A DNA stretch of 64,000 nt. Source: Trichinella spiralis (lineage: Eukaryota). The position numbers were made by a program, and so were the translations under genes. The DNA lies in contig NW_003526943.1 in the NCBI RefSeq assembly GCF_000181795.1, forward strand, positions 6,726,122-6,790,121. Reading direction: 5' to 3'. Below are positions 27,579-41,257 of the stretch, piece after piece. How positions within the stretch are numbered: the stretch's first letter is position 1; each line of letters opens with the position of its first letter. A model generated the notes under the pieces. The model did not search any database, had not been told where the DNA came from, and saw nothing but the letters and a program-made list of their open reading frames with translations.

Positions 27579-30500
27579 GCTTGCTTGATTTTCTTTGCGC
27601 TATCTTCTAATTCTATTTTCTTCACTCTCTCTATCTCTCTCTTTGTTTTCTCTATTTTATTCTCCAAATCAACACCAACACGTGTTCTCTTTCACGGGTT
27701 AGCTGGCTATACGAAATAACAATCTGCTAACTGAAACGTAAACAACAACAATATTTAAATATTTTTTTGATTTTTAAAAATGAAATTCCAAATGAATTAA
27801 CTTTTAAAAACTTTCTAAAAAAAGAAATATATTTTTTTTCCTCAAACTATATAACTAGCTTATACAGCAGATTCTGTTTGGCCACGTGAAAAGCAAATCA
27901 GTTGGACAAAATTGGCGGATTTTTGAGGCAATCACACGCTGTTGTTGTTGTTAAACCGGATGTGCTGATTGATTGATTTCAAGTCATCTAATAGTACCTA
28001 ATCGATCTGATCAACATTTGATAAATGAAACCAATACAAACTGTGCAGAAAAGAAAACTATTCAAATATTTTTGAAAATATTAATTAATGTAAGCACCTT
28101 CTACTTTTTCCATATCCTATATTGAAACAACAATCCTACTAATGTAATAATATTAATAATGACAACAAAAAGATTTCCAACTTACTAAAAAGAATAATAA
28201 TAGCATCGATCTGTTTGTTGCACGCAAGAGGACAAAAAAAATTACGAATTTTCTTTTTATCAATTTATGAAGAACAGCACAGCATGCCAGCAAACTTTTT
28301 CCCCGAAACTGATATCAAGGCTATGCATGGAAAGCAGTGATGATGTTCGAGTAGAAGTGCAAGAGCAAAATTAATAACACTGAAGTTGTGATGGTTAAAG
28401 GAAGTTCAACAAGTTGTAATTAGCTTCTATTATGTTGTTCACTTTACAAGATTTCCCAGATATCAATAAATTTGTCGATGTTTTTATTTTGCTCATCTCA
28501 GCGATAAAATTTCAAATATATCTTCTAAAATTACATGCAAATGATAAATTTTTTTGTTGTTCTCCCAATAGAACTCAAATATATAATCAAAACCCATTTC
28601 AGTTTGAATAAAAAATTTATTTTAGATTACAACTTATGAAATAAATAATGCTTTCCTGAATATCACACATAGTCATATAAGAAGGAAAATAAATTGATTA
28701 AATAATAAAAACCAAATACAAAGCAATATCTTATACAATAAATTTTCTTTTTTATTCTCTTTTTATAATTGAAAATATAGTAGTTTCCCAATATTGACAT
28801 GTAACGCATGTAACAATTTTTAAAAGTAAATCGATTTTAAAGCAGAAATTTGCACGTTTTCCAAGTAAAGTAACTCTAAGTTGCTATATCAAAAGACATT
28901 TCACCTATAAGGTATTAGATCATATAATTAATCAATCGCAACTGAAATTATTGCACATGTTGTGAATTTATCTGACAAATTTAAAGTACCGTAAAATAAA
29001 GAGAATAAAGTATTCACGGGAATATTGCTTCGCATATAAAATATTTATAGTTTTCTTGCGTTGAAAAAGGAGCTTACTCAAGCATCACTCGGATAAATTT
29101 ACGCTCAACAAAGACAATGTTTACTATTTATTTAATTATAATATGCAAGCATTCATTTAAGACTTTCGTCTCTAGTTGTTACTCACCGGATTTGTCACAA
29201 ACACTGATCGAAGAAATTAATTGTCAAATTGAAGCTGTTAAATAGTTCTCCTCTGAACGGATCAAAATAATATAGCGCAGTATAGTCTGAAATGGAAAAT
29301 AAATTGAATCAATTTGATTCTTTTCTGTTTTTCAATCATAAAATTGAAATATAAAACAAACGACTTGTCTATACATAATTTATTAGATTTGGAAATAAAT
29401 AAGTTGAATAACAGAAGCTGTGATGAAAGAATGAAAAGAAGTTACCAACCCCACGCACATCACATCTGAATCCAATACAATAGCTTAGAGTTGATTTACT
29501 CATTCAGACATCAAATAGATCAGAACTTGCAATAGGCTAAATCTTCAAAATTGGCTTCCTACAATATTTAGCAGAGATATTCCATGAGATTGAGCTCCGG
29601 CGCGGACACTTTTGCAAGAAATAATGATGCTCATTTCTAACAACAGAGATGACGCAAGTTTGCAGTGTTGGATCGATTTTACCGATTAAACAGATAAATC
29701 ACGGCAAACTTCAACTGCTAGCAAATGAAAAGCAATATTTCAATGATTATATAAATGTTTTCTTTTTTTCCTTCTTTTACAACTTTTGTTTAACTGTCGC
29801 TGACAGTTTATAGCGCTCATCTTTTAAAATATGTAACTTTTAATTAAAAACATTTACCACATTTCACCGACACGTCATAAGCAGAAATAAAATTATGCAA
29901 ATACTTAATTTGATAAATAGTCAATTTTTACAACTTGAAAATGGTTTGTTGGCGTAACTGGAAATTTTGAAACTGACATTTTTTTAATGAAAGCAGATCC
30001 TCAACAAAGCTGTTGAACTTTTGCAAAATTTATCATTTTGAAATATTCATAACAACTTTTTATAAAGTTATGCTAAAACATGTATAAAACAAAACCCGCT
30101 TTCATAAATCAGTCACGCACAAAGGTGTCACAGCATGTCATTATGGTTTTCTGAAGGTATTAAAAATATTTATAATTTTTGTCATTCAAATGTAAAAAAT
30201 TTAACATCATAAAAGTGCTGCGCTCCACAACGCAAAGCTACTTCAAAATTGAAATAACAATTGAAAAAAAATTCATCACACGATTAGTTTCTAATCCACG
30301 TAAAAAAACAAATCATATATAGAAGATAAATATTTCAAATCTCTTCATAAAAAATGTGCTGAAATGCGATTTAAAAGCTGACATGTGTTAAATAAGAAAT
30401 GGCGTATTAATGTCATCAAGTAGCATTTATGATCATTAATCATATGAATAAAATTTGATGAATCTCAGCATTCTTATTCAGATTAGTTTTGTTGCTGTAT

Positions 30501-33500
30501 AATAATTTATAAAATTTCAAAAAATAAATGAGTAGAGTTTACATACTTTTATCAAACTACGAAATAATACAAAATTAAAAAAATTATCAATATTTATTTT
30601 CAAACAAAAGATATATTTGAACTGAAACTCTTTATATACGAACAGAAAGGCAATTATATTTCATTTGGATCATAAGACATTATTAGAAAACGAATAAGAC
30701 ATAAATGAATAGTGCGGAAAATTATTATCACAGCTTATTACGAACAAGCAGAGTAAAAACTGTTTGATCATTTAGAGAGAAAATTTTATATAAAGTGAGA
30801 AGATAATGCAAAATTGATTAATAAGAAGAATAAAATTGTTATATGCTATACGGTTTATATTTAATTAACGATGTATCTATTGATCTTATTCAGCTTGTTA
30901 AAACTCATTTGCAAAACTTAAAATTTCTCAGAAAAATAACAAACACTTTTATAAATTAAAAGAATTAATCTAGTCTGAGTGGTTAAAAATCACGTATACA
31001 ACATAAATGTTGTTTGTTTGCTGTAAAATTACAAAACAGAGTATTTGTAATAAACCGCGAGGTATATTTTTTTCACACGTGCCTATATTTCTAATTATGG
31101 GAAGATAGTTTTCATCTTTAAATAAAAGCACAGTTTCAATATGAACAAAAAATGCTGAATTGAAGAAATATTAGCTATTTAGCTGAATTGCTAACTGTGA
31201 GAAAAACACTTGAACAATAAAATTCGTTTATTTATTCAATCTGTTATAAATTTATAGTATGAAAACTTCAGTTTTCGACAATATGATTTGAAGTGCCCAT
31301 AATTGCACTAATTTATACATTTTAAATACATCTGAGAGTTTATAATAATAATTCAATAACATTTAAAGACGAATATCTTATTTAAATTCTATACAATGCA
31401 ATTTTCAACGTAAACGACATTTTATTTTAATAAAGATTGAAATAAAAAATTCCATCTTAGCCGAATACCGACTGCTCAACAAATTCTTACTGTGCTTTGA
31501 TAATGCGGATGACGGAGGTGAGAAAAACAAACTTTCATTAAACAATTCAAAATATATTAATATAAATGAAAAACAAAAGATGCAACTTATGATAAAAACG
31601 TTTACATCGTGTTATTGCATGTTTTCTTGGAAAAAGCGCAAAATTAAATCTGTGATAAAAACGATCATGAAAAATTTCGATTTTACTCAAGAAGACATAA
31701 AAAAGAGCTTACAAAGATGCAATGCATTTTCCGACAACGGCATCCAGTGTGAGTGGGCAAACCGCTTTGATGTTCAAGTGAAAATTACTCTTGTAATTAA
31801 TGAAATGCAAGTTAAGGGTGATGCAGTTTTACTTGGGGAAAAACAACTCCAACCCTAGCTCAGATAATACGCTTGCAGAAGACAATGGCAACTGGCTAAT
31901 GGCTAATTGAATACGTTTTTCACAAAGTGCTTAACATGCAGCTTAATATGATGCTTTATGACAGTGATCGCCGGGTTGAATTAATATCGCTGACAGCTGT
32001 TGTTCACGTGACCAGCACGGACTTGTCTTTCTCTCTTTGCAAGCGGTTTCTTCATTTTCTTCTTCTGACGTTGCTTTTATGCTTTACTTTCATAGTCTTC
32101 ACATGTGTTTAAATATTATAATTTTTATGGATATGACGTTAAATATTCATGAAAACCAATATGCAGTTTAATTCCAATACAGTAACATCATTTATAAAGC
32201 AAATTATAAAAATGTTCACAATTTAGAAAGAAACGTTGAGTAAATTTAAAGAAAAGAGTTGAAAGCGTAAAGAGAAAAAATCTAAAAAATGATATATTGA
32301 ATCGCATTAATGAAATCGTTGGTATTATTATGCAGTTGAATCACAATCGCCATAAACATATGAAATGACTGTAAAACTACATAATTACACATTTAAGAAT
32401 TACATTTTCTATATTTATTTTTAAAAGTGTTTTTAAATCAACACAATTCTAACATAAAACAGTTTTATAATTCCTAATATTAATAATACTCAAAGATATA
32501 TTCCTAACATAATTTTACAAATATGAAAGCAAATTTTAAGTTGTAAACTTCTGTTAAGATAAAAAGAAAAAAAACTTTTATCACTTAAAGTAAAACATTA
32601 TAATTTGCTCAGGAATGTGTATCAACAATGATTCAGGATGCATTTTCATATTTACAATTAAAAAATTAATAACAACAAATATATGCATGCATGCAACTAT
32701 CAGTAGCTTAAATTTATATGAACTGAATTAAAAATACATTTCCAGTGATTTATTTCCTTTGCAATTGCAGAGTTTACAGCTTATTATCAAGTCATTGAAT
32801 GAGCAAAATCTTCAGCATGCATGAATTTCATATGCATTTTAACAAGATTTAAGACACATTACAATATAGTTTTTAAACTTATCGTGATGTGAAAAACATT
32901 AATTCATTGTCTTCCATTTAAAACTTTTCATATTCACCTAAATTTATGCATGAGAAATCGTAGCCAATCATTTAATAAGCTCATTTAATGCATCATATAA
33001 ATGCTAATTAAAATGCGACTGAGAAAAATGCTTGGAATAGGAAAATTAATTGAATTTTTTGCCAATTTAGATATTTCAACATTAATTTTAAATAATGCTA
33101 AATTAAAAATCTCCCTGATTTGCTGCTATTTTTCAGCATTCTTTTCATAAATGATTCATTTCAATTTTCATTTTTAATTATCTATTCTATTTTAGTGAGC
33201 TATCAAATGCGACATGACAGTGAACTTTTTACTTCTGAATTTAATAAATTCTTTAATTTAATATAACTTCAAATATTTGAATTTTTTATGACATCGTTTG
33301 ACAAAGACTTATTATAGAAAGAGCAGGAAACATCGGAAAGCATTATGATTGTGAGCAACATAATAATTATTATTGCACTATTAATATAGATCCACGTTGC
33401 ATCAACTTATCAAAAGTGTTTTTGACTGAAAAACTAAAAAAATTATTTGAAATTATTATTATGCATAAAGAATTTTAAGGTAGTGTTAATGTTTAATTTT

Positions 33501-34904
33501 TAGGATATGAGAATTTCTTCATCAGAATTTAAATTTCGTAAACAAAATTAAAATTGTATAAAAGATTTCAATTTTAATGAAGATGCAAAAATCAAATTAA
33601 AATTAAAAAGAATTTTTAATTTCATAATGTCTTTTAAATAAATTCAACTGAAAGCAACTACAATGCTAAAAATACATCGTAATGAGTACTCTTTGTCTGA
33701 ATACTTTAACATTTCTACATTATAATTTTCTAAACAGTGTTTTCATACTTTGCAAATGTAATTAAAGTTGAAACAGTTTGTGGTTTCTATAAAGTTTGAA
33801 AATACATAATTTGGAGTTATTTAAAAATGAAATGAAAAATTTGAATATATAAAAGTACTAATTAACATTTGTGAACCTCAACAAATAGAATTTTTTCTAG
33901 AAAATAGTTTTTAATCTAATGTAATATTCCCAAATACTTTTCATAAAAAGCAACTGTATTGTTTTTCTTAAAATTTAAATGCAAAATTTACGGCGTAATC
34001 ATGACGCATTATGCAAAAGAGCTCTGAGTAAAATAAGCACTTTCAAAAATGGAATACTTATTTATTACAATATCTTTTTTGCAATTACTTCTGTAATAAA
34101 GCACTTATTACATTTTCTACGTTTAATAAATGTAGAATGCCCATTTTAAGCATATCAATGGATTAGTATTCACATTTCACCTTCAAGAAACAACTTCTCA
34201 ATTTTCATTTCCATTCTGCAGTGCAAAATATTAAAATGCAGAAAATAAATAACAACGGGAGAGCAATAATAAAAAAATTTTTTTAATATTAAATGTAAAG
34301 TTTTTATTGTTTACTTTTTTTTAAAATAGAAAAAGCTGAGAAGATTTCTTCATTCTTTTTATTTTATCAAATCAATATTATAAATTGATTTCACTTTTAG
34401 GGGTTGCAACTGCTTGATAAATGAAGATAAATGCGTTATCAATTTTATTCATCAAAACTATGACGTTGTTTGTTTCACCGTAAATGACATGCTGTTGTTA
34501 CAAAATATATGTGAAGATAATGAATTCAAAAAAAGTGTGCATGAACACTGCTATAAAAAGCTTTTAGCATAAAATGAATTCATACTTTCTCAATGAATAA
34601 AATTGTGCAAGACAGTTAAAATACTGCTAGAACACTTTTATTTAACAGCTTTACAGATCTTTTCTTTATATTTATTTTAAGCAATAAATTTTAATTCAAA
34701 TGTAGTTCATGGATAATATTACATTCAAAACGTTTTGCACACGGTTATTTAAAAGAATTGTCACAAAATAAAGAGAGAACAAACAGCTCATCGTTATTTG
34801 AATTGCTAAAGTTCATCTAAGCAGAAGTTTCAAACGCATATTTTTTAATTATTATGTTAAACAAGAAAATCATTCGGTTTCATATATACATTAATAATAT
34901 TATC

Positions 34905-35520
34905 ACTCCTATTTTCTATTCTTCATCATTAGCTTATGACAAGAGCGTGCCGTATCAGTGAACCCTTTGAAAAACTGGCAATTGTAAGTTGTCAGCCCTA
35001 TGAATTGTTTGACTTCTTTAGCCATGGGCACAGTCTTTTCCTTGTTTATCCTTATGCCGTCCGGTGTCACCACAACGTCACAAGAAATTCACGTTCCTCT
35101 GTAGCAGTTGTCGTTTTTCAGCTTTTAACAATAGCCCAACTTTTTGAAGACTGCTTAGCATCTCGCTGAGGCAACCAACGTGCTTCACTTCTGGCCTATC
35201 TGCACGCAATGATGCCTTCCAAGTAAATGAGGCATGACTTCCACATAGTGCTGCCAGCGCTTTATCCATTAGACACTAGAATGTTGCGGCGCATTGCACA
35301 TTCCGAAAGGCATTACATTAAATTAGTATAATTTGAACGTCATGAGAAACGCTTATTATCACAATCACAATTTCCTGAAAATCCTTCTATTGCAACAAGC
35401 CCTGTGAAAGTGGCATCGTGATGGTTTCTTTATGCACCAGTGATTCTGCTGCATGCCTGCTTTTTTCATCTTGCGGCCTACCTTGACTTGCGCCATGTGA
35501 GTGACTTGACATGTTAGATC
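34905..35520 (-). mobile_element. Decayed Ty3/gypsy LTR-retrotransposon reverse transcriptase fragment
   Basis: Minus strand, across frameshifts: AFLMTFKLY*FNVMPFGMCNAP, LMDKALA, CLIYLEGII (YLDD motif degenerated), LQKVGLLLKAEK..LLQRNVNFL, VVTPDGI, KEVKQFIGLTTY..FFKGF. Confidence 0.85.
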
Positions 35521-35891
35521 TTCACAAATCTAATGGTCAATTTTCTGTTTAGTTATCCGGCTATTACTTGTTATGTTTAACTATAAGATGTTCTCTGTGA
35601 AGTTTTCGAATTTAATTTCATTCTTCCTACGTTTTTCATTTCTAAATCTTCATCATATATTATTGGCTTCAATAATTCACCTACATAGGATTTAAGTGTA
35701 ATAAATTTTAATAACATAGTCTGAAAATATAATAATTTATTAAACTTTATGCAGTATAAACATTTTATATGACTTTACCAGTGTAATAAACGCCCCATTT
35801 GTAGTAGTGCATATTTCTAATTTCAAATGACAGTAAAAGTGAATAAGAACTACCGTATACTGGCTAATACCTGAAAATCGGCAGTAGCCAG

Positions 35892-36151
35892 TGGTGACGT
35901 ATGAAGTGTTTGGTTTTAACCTCTGGGACAAGTTAGCTAATCTTCTCTCTCGGTGACTTGGTTGTCACTGTCATTGTCTACCTCGTTCTTACTTTCCCTC
36001 TTGTTTTCTGTGCCATATTTACTCTTCAATAAACGGTTACATTACATATTACGTCTCATTGCTGATACGTAATGCCTAACACGCGCTCATCTACATCAGA
36101 GCGCCCCGAAGAGAATAGAAAAACGCTGGAAGGAAAAGCCGACACGTTACA
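35892..36151 (+). mobile_element. Candidate solo LTR (260 bp)
   Basis: Begins TG and ends CA, with imperfect inverted termini (TGGTGACGT...ACGTTACA). It is flanked by a 4-bp direct repeat CCAG (35888-35891, 36152-36155), has AATAAA at 36028-36033 and is richer in GC than its flanks. Confidence 0.55.
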
Positions 36152-36696
36152 CCAGGAATGATCATACCATACAGTCAACTGTACGATATGATAAAAATCA
36201 GGTAGCAATAAAAACTGGATATTACTACAAAAATAAACCATAAATAATATTCAAACATTAGATATCAACCGTTTTTTTTATCAGACAGTCCTAAATGCTC
36301 TTACGAGTGAGCATATTCCTTATCATAAACTGACTTAAAATGTAAAAAATGAGGAAATTGCTTTAAAAATGTTAAATTACTTCAATAGTTCTTAGAATAC
36401 AGAAAGAGTGCATTTTCAATTTTATGCTGTAAAATTTCGAATAACGACACAAATGCAGATATTATGAAGAATAAAAATATTTTATACTATAAATGATTTA
36501 GGCTTAATTAAGTATTGTTATTAACATGATTGCTTTTATTTCTAAGTCATTAGAAAATTTTTATAATAGTAAGCGGAAACTTTTATTGAAATGTATTAAA
36601 AAAATTTTTTTTTGAAGGTGAAAAATAGCAGTAATTGGTAAAGTGATTGTAATGTATTTATTATTTAAATAAGTATATATTTCTCAGTGAACTGTA

Positions 36697-36702
36697 GTCT
36701 CT

Positions 36703-36753
<51 letters not shown>

Positions 36754-36770
36754 GAGCCCACCCAGGGACG
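36697..36770 (+). tRNA. tRNA-Asn(GTT), intronless
   Basis: GTCTCTG...CAGGGAC acceptor stem, A box TGGCGCAATCGG, anticodon arm TTCGG-CTGTTAA-CCGAA and B box GGTTCGAGCC. Confidence 0.98.
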
Positions 36771-36774
36771 AGCA

Positions 36775-36781
36775 TTTTTTT
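36775..36781 (+). terminator. Pol III oligo-T terminator of tRNA-Asn
   Basis: A run of 7 T begins 4 nt after the tRNA 3' end. Confidence 0.8.
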
Positions 36782-37468
36782 CATAAAGTGAAGTTAAAAA
36801 AATATACCAGCGTGATTTTATATTACATGCTTATTTATTTACACATTCCTGGCATTTCTGGTGAAAGACTGTTAATATGTGTGGACACTTTAAGCATTTA
36901 TAAATAAGCATAGTCTGTTACAACCCATTTTTTTATAAGCACCGGTATTCGGTTATCAAAAGTTACCTTATGAAAGGCTGCAAAATTCAGTTAGTTAATA
37001 CAAATATCTATTTATGATATTCAAATTTATGATTATTGATACGTACTTTGGCATTTTTTAAAATGTTTTTTAATATAATGGTTTCGCATATGTATGCAAC
37101 ATGCGTACAGTTGACATTAGTTTTAAAATTTAATCTCGACTGCATCTAATGAATCACTTAATTGTTTATAAAAATGAAAAAGTCAGTTTTTTCATCATGC
37201 TTGAAGTATTTCATCTAAATGTTACTTTTTATTATACCAGATAAAGTTTACATTTTTATTTATTGTGTGGATTAAAAAGTATACATTAAATTGCTCATGT
37301 TCAGTTTAAGTGAGCTGTTAGGCTGATTACACTAAATTAATATAATCTGAGCGTCATGTAATCCATACTTCTTGTTATCCATATTGACAAACTAGAAGTT
37401 CATATATTGTCATCACGATCTGACCATTAAATTTAAAAATGCTAGTAATTTTCTCGAAAAGAATGGCG

Positions 37469-37595
37469 TTCATATTGATCAAACAATTTTAATTTTCAAC
37501 TATTACAAGCAGTTTCTAGTTTCATCTTGTTTCTTGTTTCATAGTGTTTCTAGTTTCATATTCATCAAACAATTTTTATTTTTAGCTATTAGAAG
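37469..37595. repeat. Degenerate local direct repeat (~41-bp unit, 86-bp period)
   Basis: TTCATATTGATCAAACAATTTTAATTTTCAACTATTACAAG (37469-37509) resembles TTCATATTCATCAAACAATTTTTATTTTTAGCTATTAGAAG (37555-37595). GTTTCT(A/T)GTTTCAT occurs three times between and overlapping them. Confidence 0.6.
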
Positions 37596-38512
37596 TTTTT
37601 CCATACATGTACAAAATGTGAATTCATTTAAATTCAGCTTTCCTACAATATGAATCACGAAGAAGCATTCATTTACGGTGTACTGTAGCTAAGAATCCAG
37701 TAGAAACCAATATGGATGATCCAGTTTAAGCAGGGCACATGTTGTTCAAATATATATATATATTTTAGAGCTGTGTTTTTATGTTTGAAAAAGTTTACAC
37801 TATATTAAAATTCTGTTTTTAAACAATAAATTTTTAAAATAAATAATTTTTCTTTCATCTAGGATTTGATTCAAATTATAATTTTAAAATTCAGACTTTG
37901 TTGCTTAATTTGTATTTATTTATTGCGTGATCATGAGAAGATGAGAGAAAAAAATGCGTATCATCTAAAAATATTAAATTTCATTTTAAATATGTTTTTA
38001 AATATGAACTGCTTAACAAGTGAATTAAAATAATTTGATAATTTTTGAATGTCACAAAACAGATAATCAATATAATAGCAGTTGCTTTTAAATCATGGGA
38101 GAAATATATTTTGAATTGAGGTTTATTGTAATTATTGGATTCTTTCACTTTTTGCTTCTAAAAAAGCAAAAAATTAAATAATCATAACTGAAAGTTTTGA
38201 ACTTTTTAATTTATAAAAAATATTGAAAAATAAATTTGTATAGCTGTGTAATCAGTGAGCAATTGGAAAAGCGTACATATTCAATAGTTGTCTGATGAAG
38301 TCCTCAATGATGACCTCAATTTTATTCATTTATAGAAAAACTGCATTTCCGGGTAAAGCAAGCTTAACTTGTCCAGCTGAATAATGTTCAAACTGTTGCT
38401 AGAGTAGAATAGAAAATTGCTGAATAGCAATAATTAAAATAACTATCTAGTAGATTGATACTAATAAGCATTTTTAACGTTTACACTTTGCCACAGTAGT
38501 GGATAGTAGAAG

Positions 38513-40481
38513 ATGATGGTATTTTTACTTGTATTTTTATCAATTTTAAGTGTTACTGGTAAGTGTCGGAAAAAATAACAGATTATATAACTAATATATT
38601 TGATTTTATGTAACAGAAATATAGAAACTATGCTAATTTTGTAATAACTTTACCGTTTCCTTATTATGTAATAAATTACACTTTTTCTATAAAAGCCTAC
38701 TTTTGTTTTAGAATGGGATACAATTATTTTTTCAGTTAATCTAAAAATGATAAAACATTAATTCCATATCTTTTCTGTATATCACATTTATTATTTTATA
38801 AATTGTTATAATTTTTAATCAGATTTGGCTGAGGCATCAAACGGCACTTTTGGTGTTTATTCATGGTGTGGAGACGATTACAAATGTAATCTGACTAACA
38901 CGACATGCGAGTTGGGTGTTTGCATATGTATACCGAATTTTATAGTGAATGATAATGGAACGGCTTGCATACCTGGTAAAATGAGATTTTTCAAAATTGT
39001 ATATTGTGCAGTATATATTTTTGTTTATAACGTTTTTCACATTTTGAGACAGCTAGAATGTTTAACAAATTAAAAATTTCTAAATGTATTGGAATTGCTT
39101 TTTCTCCATATGTATTTGCATACTTTACAAATGTTACTAACCCTTTAAGCAGTAATGATGGAATATAAGTTAAATTTTATTATTTTACTTTTTAAGTGAA
39201 CAATTTTTTTCAATAACTAAGAAACTTTTTTCAAAAATTTTAGCTCCAAAATTAGGAGAACCCTGCAAAGCATTGTGTTCTACTTATAATTCCTTTTGCG
39301 TTGAAGAAACCTGCAAATGTATGGTAGGATTTAAAGAATCAAATGGAGAATGTGTGCAAGAAAGTATTTTATTGCTATGATTTTTTCGTGTTTCTATAAT
39401 ATAGTTTTCTTATTTTCAGTGGCAGCTATTGGGGAAGACTGCTTTTCAGATAATCAATGTTCTAGTGTGTATTCCAGGTGCTCAAACGGAATATGTACAT
39501 GTAAAGCAGGATTTAAAAACGTTAATGGAACCTGCATGCCTAGATGTTGTGTTTTTATTTTGTAAAACGTGTGCATTAATTAAGAAAATGGATATTTTAG
39601 ATTACAATTGCAATACCCAGTGGCCTGACGGTGAAGGTGATAATGAAGTCACACCGTGTGAAGTAAATTTTGCTGAAGGCAAACATACATGTCAAGAAGG
39701 CTTGTACTGCCAATATATGGAAATGAAGGAAGATTTAAATCAACCTGTGAAAGGTTTGATACGTTTTTAGTTTGTTTTGTTTACATACTTTGCCTTAAAA
39801 TGTTTTTCCAATGAACTTTTTAATATATGCATTTGATAATAAAAAATAACTTTACTATGTCAGTGTAATTGAAAATAATAATTTCATTTCAGTTAATCTA
39901 AATTTTAATGTTTAAAGGAATCTGTTGCAATTCTACAGCAAAAGAGGCTTCTAATACTGTTTATTGTCCGGCTGGTGATTTTGTTGAGATTGAGTTGTGC
40001 ACATCTCACGGATCATATTATTATTATTTTGACGAAATACGGCAGTTAGGAATATGCTGCGCAAATTCCTGTTCTAAACAACGACGGGAAAACAACGGGA
40101 CATGCTATTTTCCTGTTGGTGTTGTTGGTTCAGCTTGTACAATAGACGCTCAGTGTGAAATAAACCAAGTTTGTAAGCGTAAGTTGAAAGTTTATTTATT
40201 TTCTTATTCATAATGATCCTTTTATATGTTGCAGAAAACAGATGCACTTGTGATGTTGGATTTTTTGAAATTGGAGAGCAGTGCTTGCGTATGTTATTTT
40301 CAAAAATTAACAAGTACTAATTTAATGTTTAAATTTTCTTTCAGTTCCTGACTGCTTTTTTGGAGAGCCATTAGTGGACATGACCACAGGTGAAAATGTA
40401 CACTGTTCACAAAATCATGCATGTTCAGATGGATATTACTGTGTTCGAGAGTACAACATCTGCTGTAAAAATATTGAATAA
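38513..40481 (+). CDS. Secreted cysteine-rich protein with EB-module-like and WR1/lustrin-like repeats, 8 exons
   Basis: Signal-peptide exon MMVFLLVFLSILSVT|gtaagt. Repeated G..C....C.....C..G.C.C..GF....G.C units and CC-ending modules. Phase-1 introns keep the frame through to CCKNIE*. No TM segment seen. Confidence 0.8.
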
Positions 40482-41257
40482 CTAAAGAGTATACGACGAT
40501 AGCGATGCTTTTACTTTTATGAATAAATAAATACTTTTGAATTCTGTCACGAAAGAGTTTAAAGCAGCTCATCTTATGCTTATGAGTTTCAATATCTTCA
40601 ATGCATCAGCTCTTTTCAAATTAAAATGAGTTTGCATGATTTGAAAGAATATTGCTTCCCGTATTTATTATACACTGGACTTATGGATTCTTTGTAGTAC
40701 TTTAAGCTCGTGAAATAAAAAAATGCTCATATCCTTTTCATTTAACATAGCGGTTATTAAATTGTCCTTCGGCAATAAAAAAAACAATAATTTAATAATA
40801 ATAATGATAATAAACAAATAGTAAGTTAAATTTCAAATAAAGTAAGACTTATCAACTAATTTTCATTGTCTGCTTTTATTTTAATAGCCTTGTTGAAAAA
40901 CAGTAACATTTCTGGTGAAATTTGAATTGTATTGGTCTTACATTTTAATCCATTATAGAGATAATATGACAATTGAAAGTAATATAATGATCTTTTATGC
41001 AAATTCATTTTATACAGTAAGAATTTGAAATCTAAAATGCAAATAAATCTTAGTTCTCTGAAAAAAATAAAATAATATTTATAAGTAATTATATTTTCAA
41101 TTATAATTTAGGTGTTTATGTCTATGTTACTAAGCTGAAATGATTTATGCTTTATATTTCAAAATTTTTGAGGCATATACTTTCATTTCCTTATTTCATT
41201 CTGTAAATACGGTATCGTTATTATGAGTACAAATAAGTTTTCATTTTGGTCTGAACA

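Noticed and set aside
28338..28383. GTGATGA...CTGA resembling a C/D box snoRNA
   Set aside because: Too short (~46 nt), with no convincing terminal stem or guide sequence.
31580..32112. 92-aa and 61-aa ORFs in the gene-poor region
   Set aside because: No recognisable motif or consistent splice structure; could be decayed repeat sequence, but this is unsupported.
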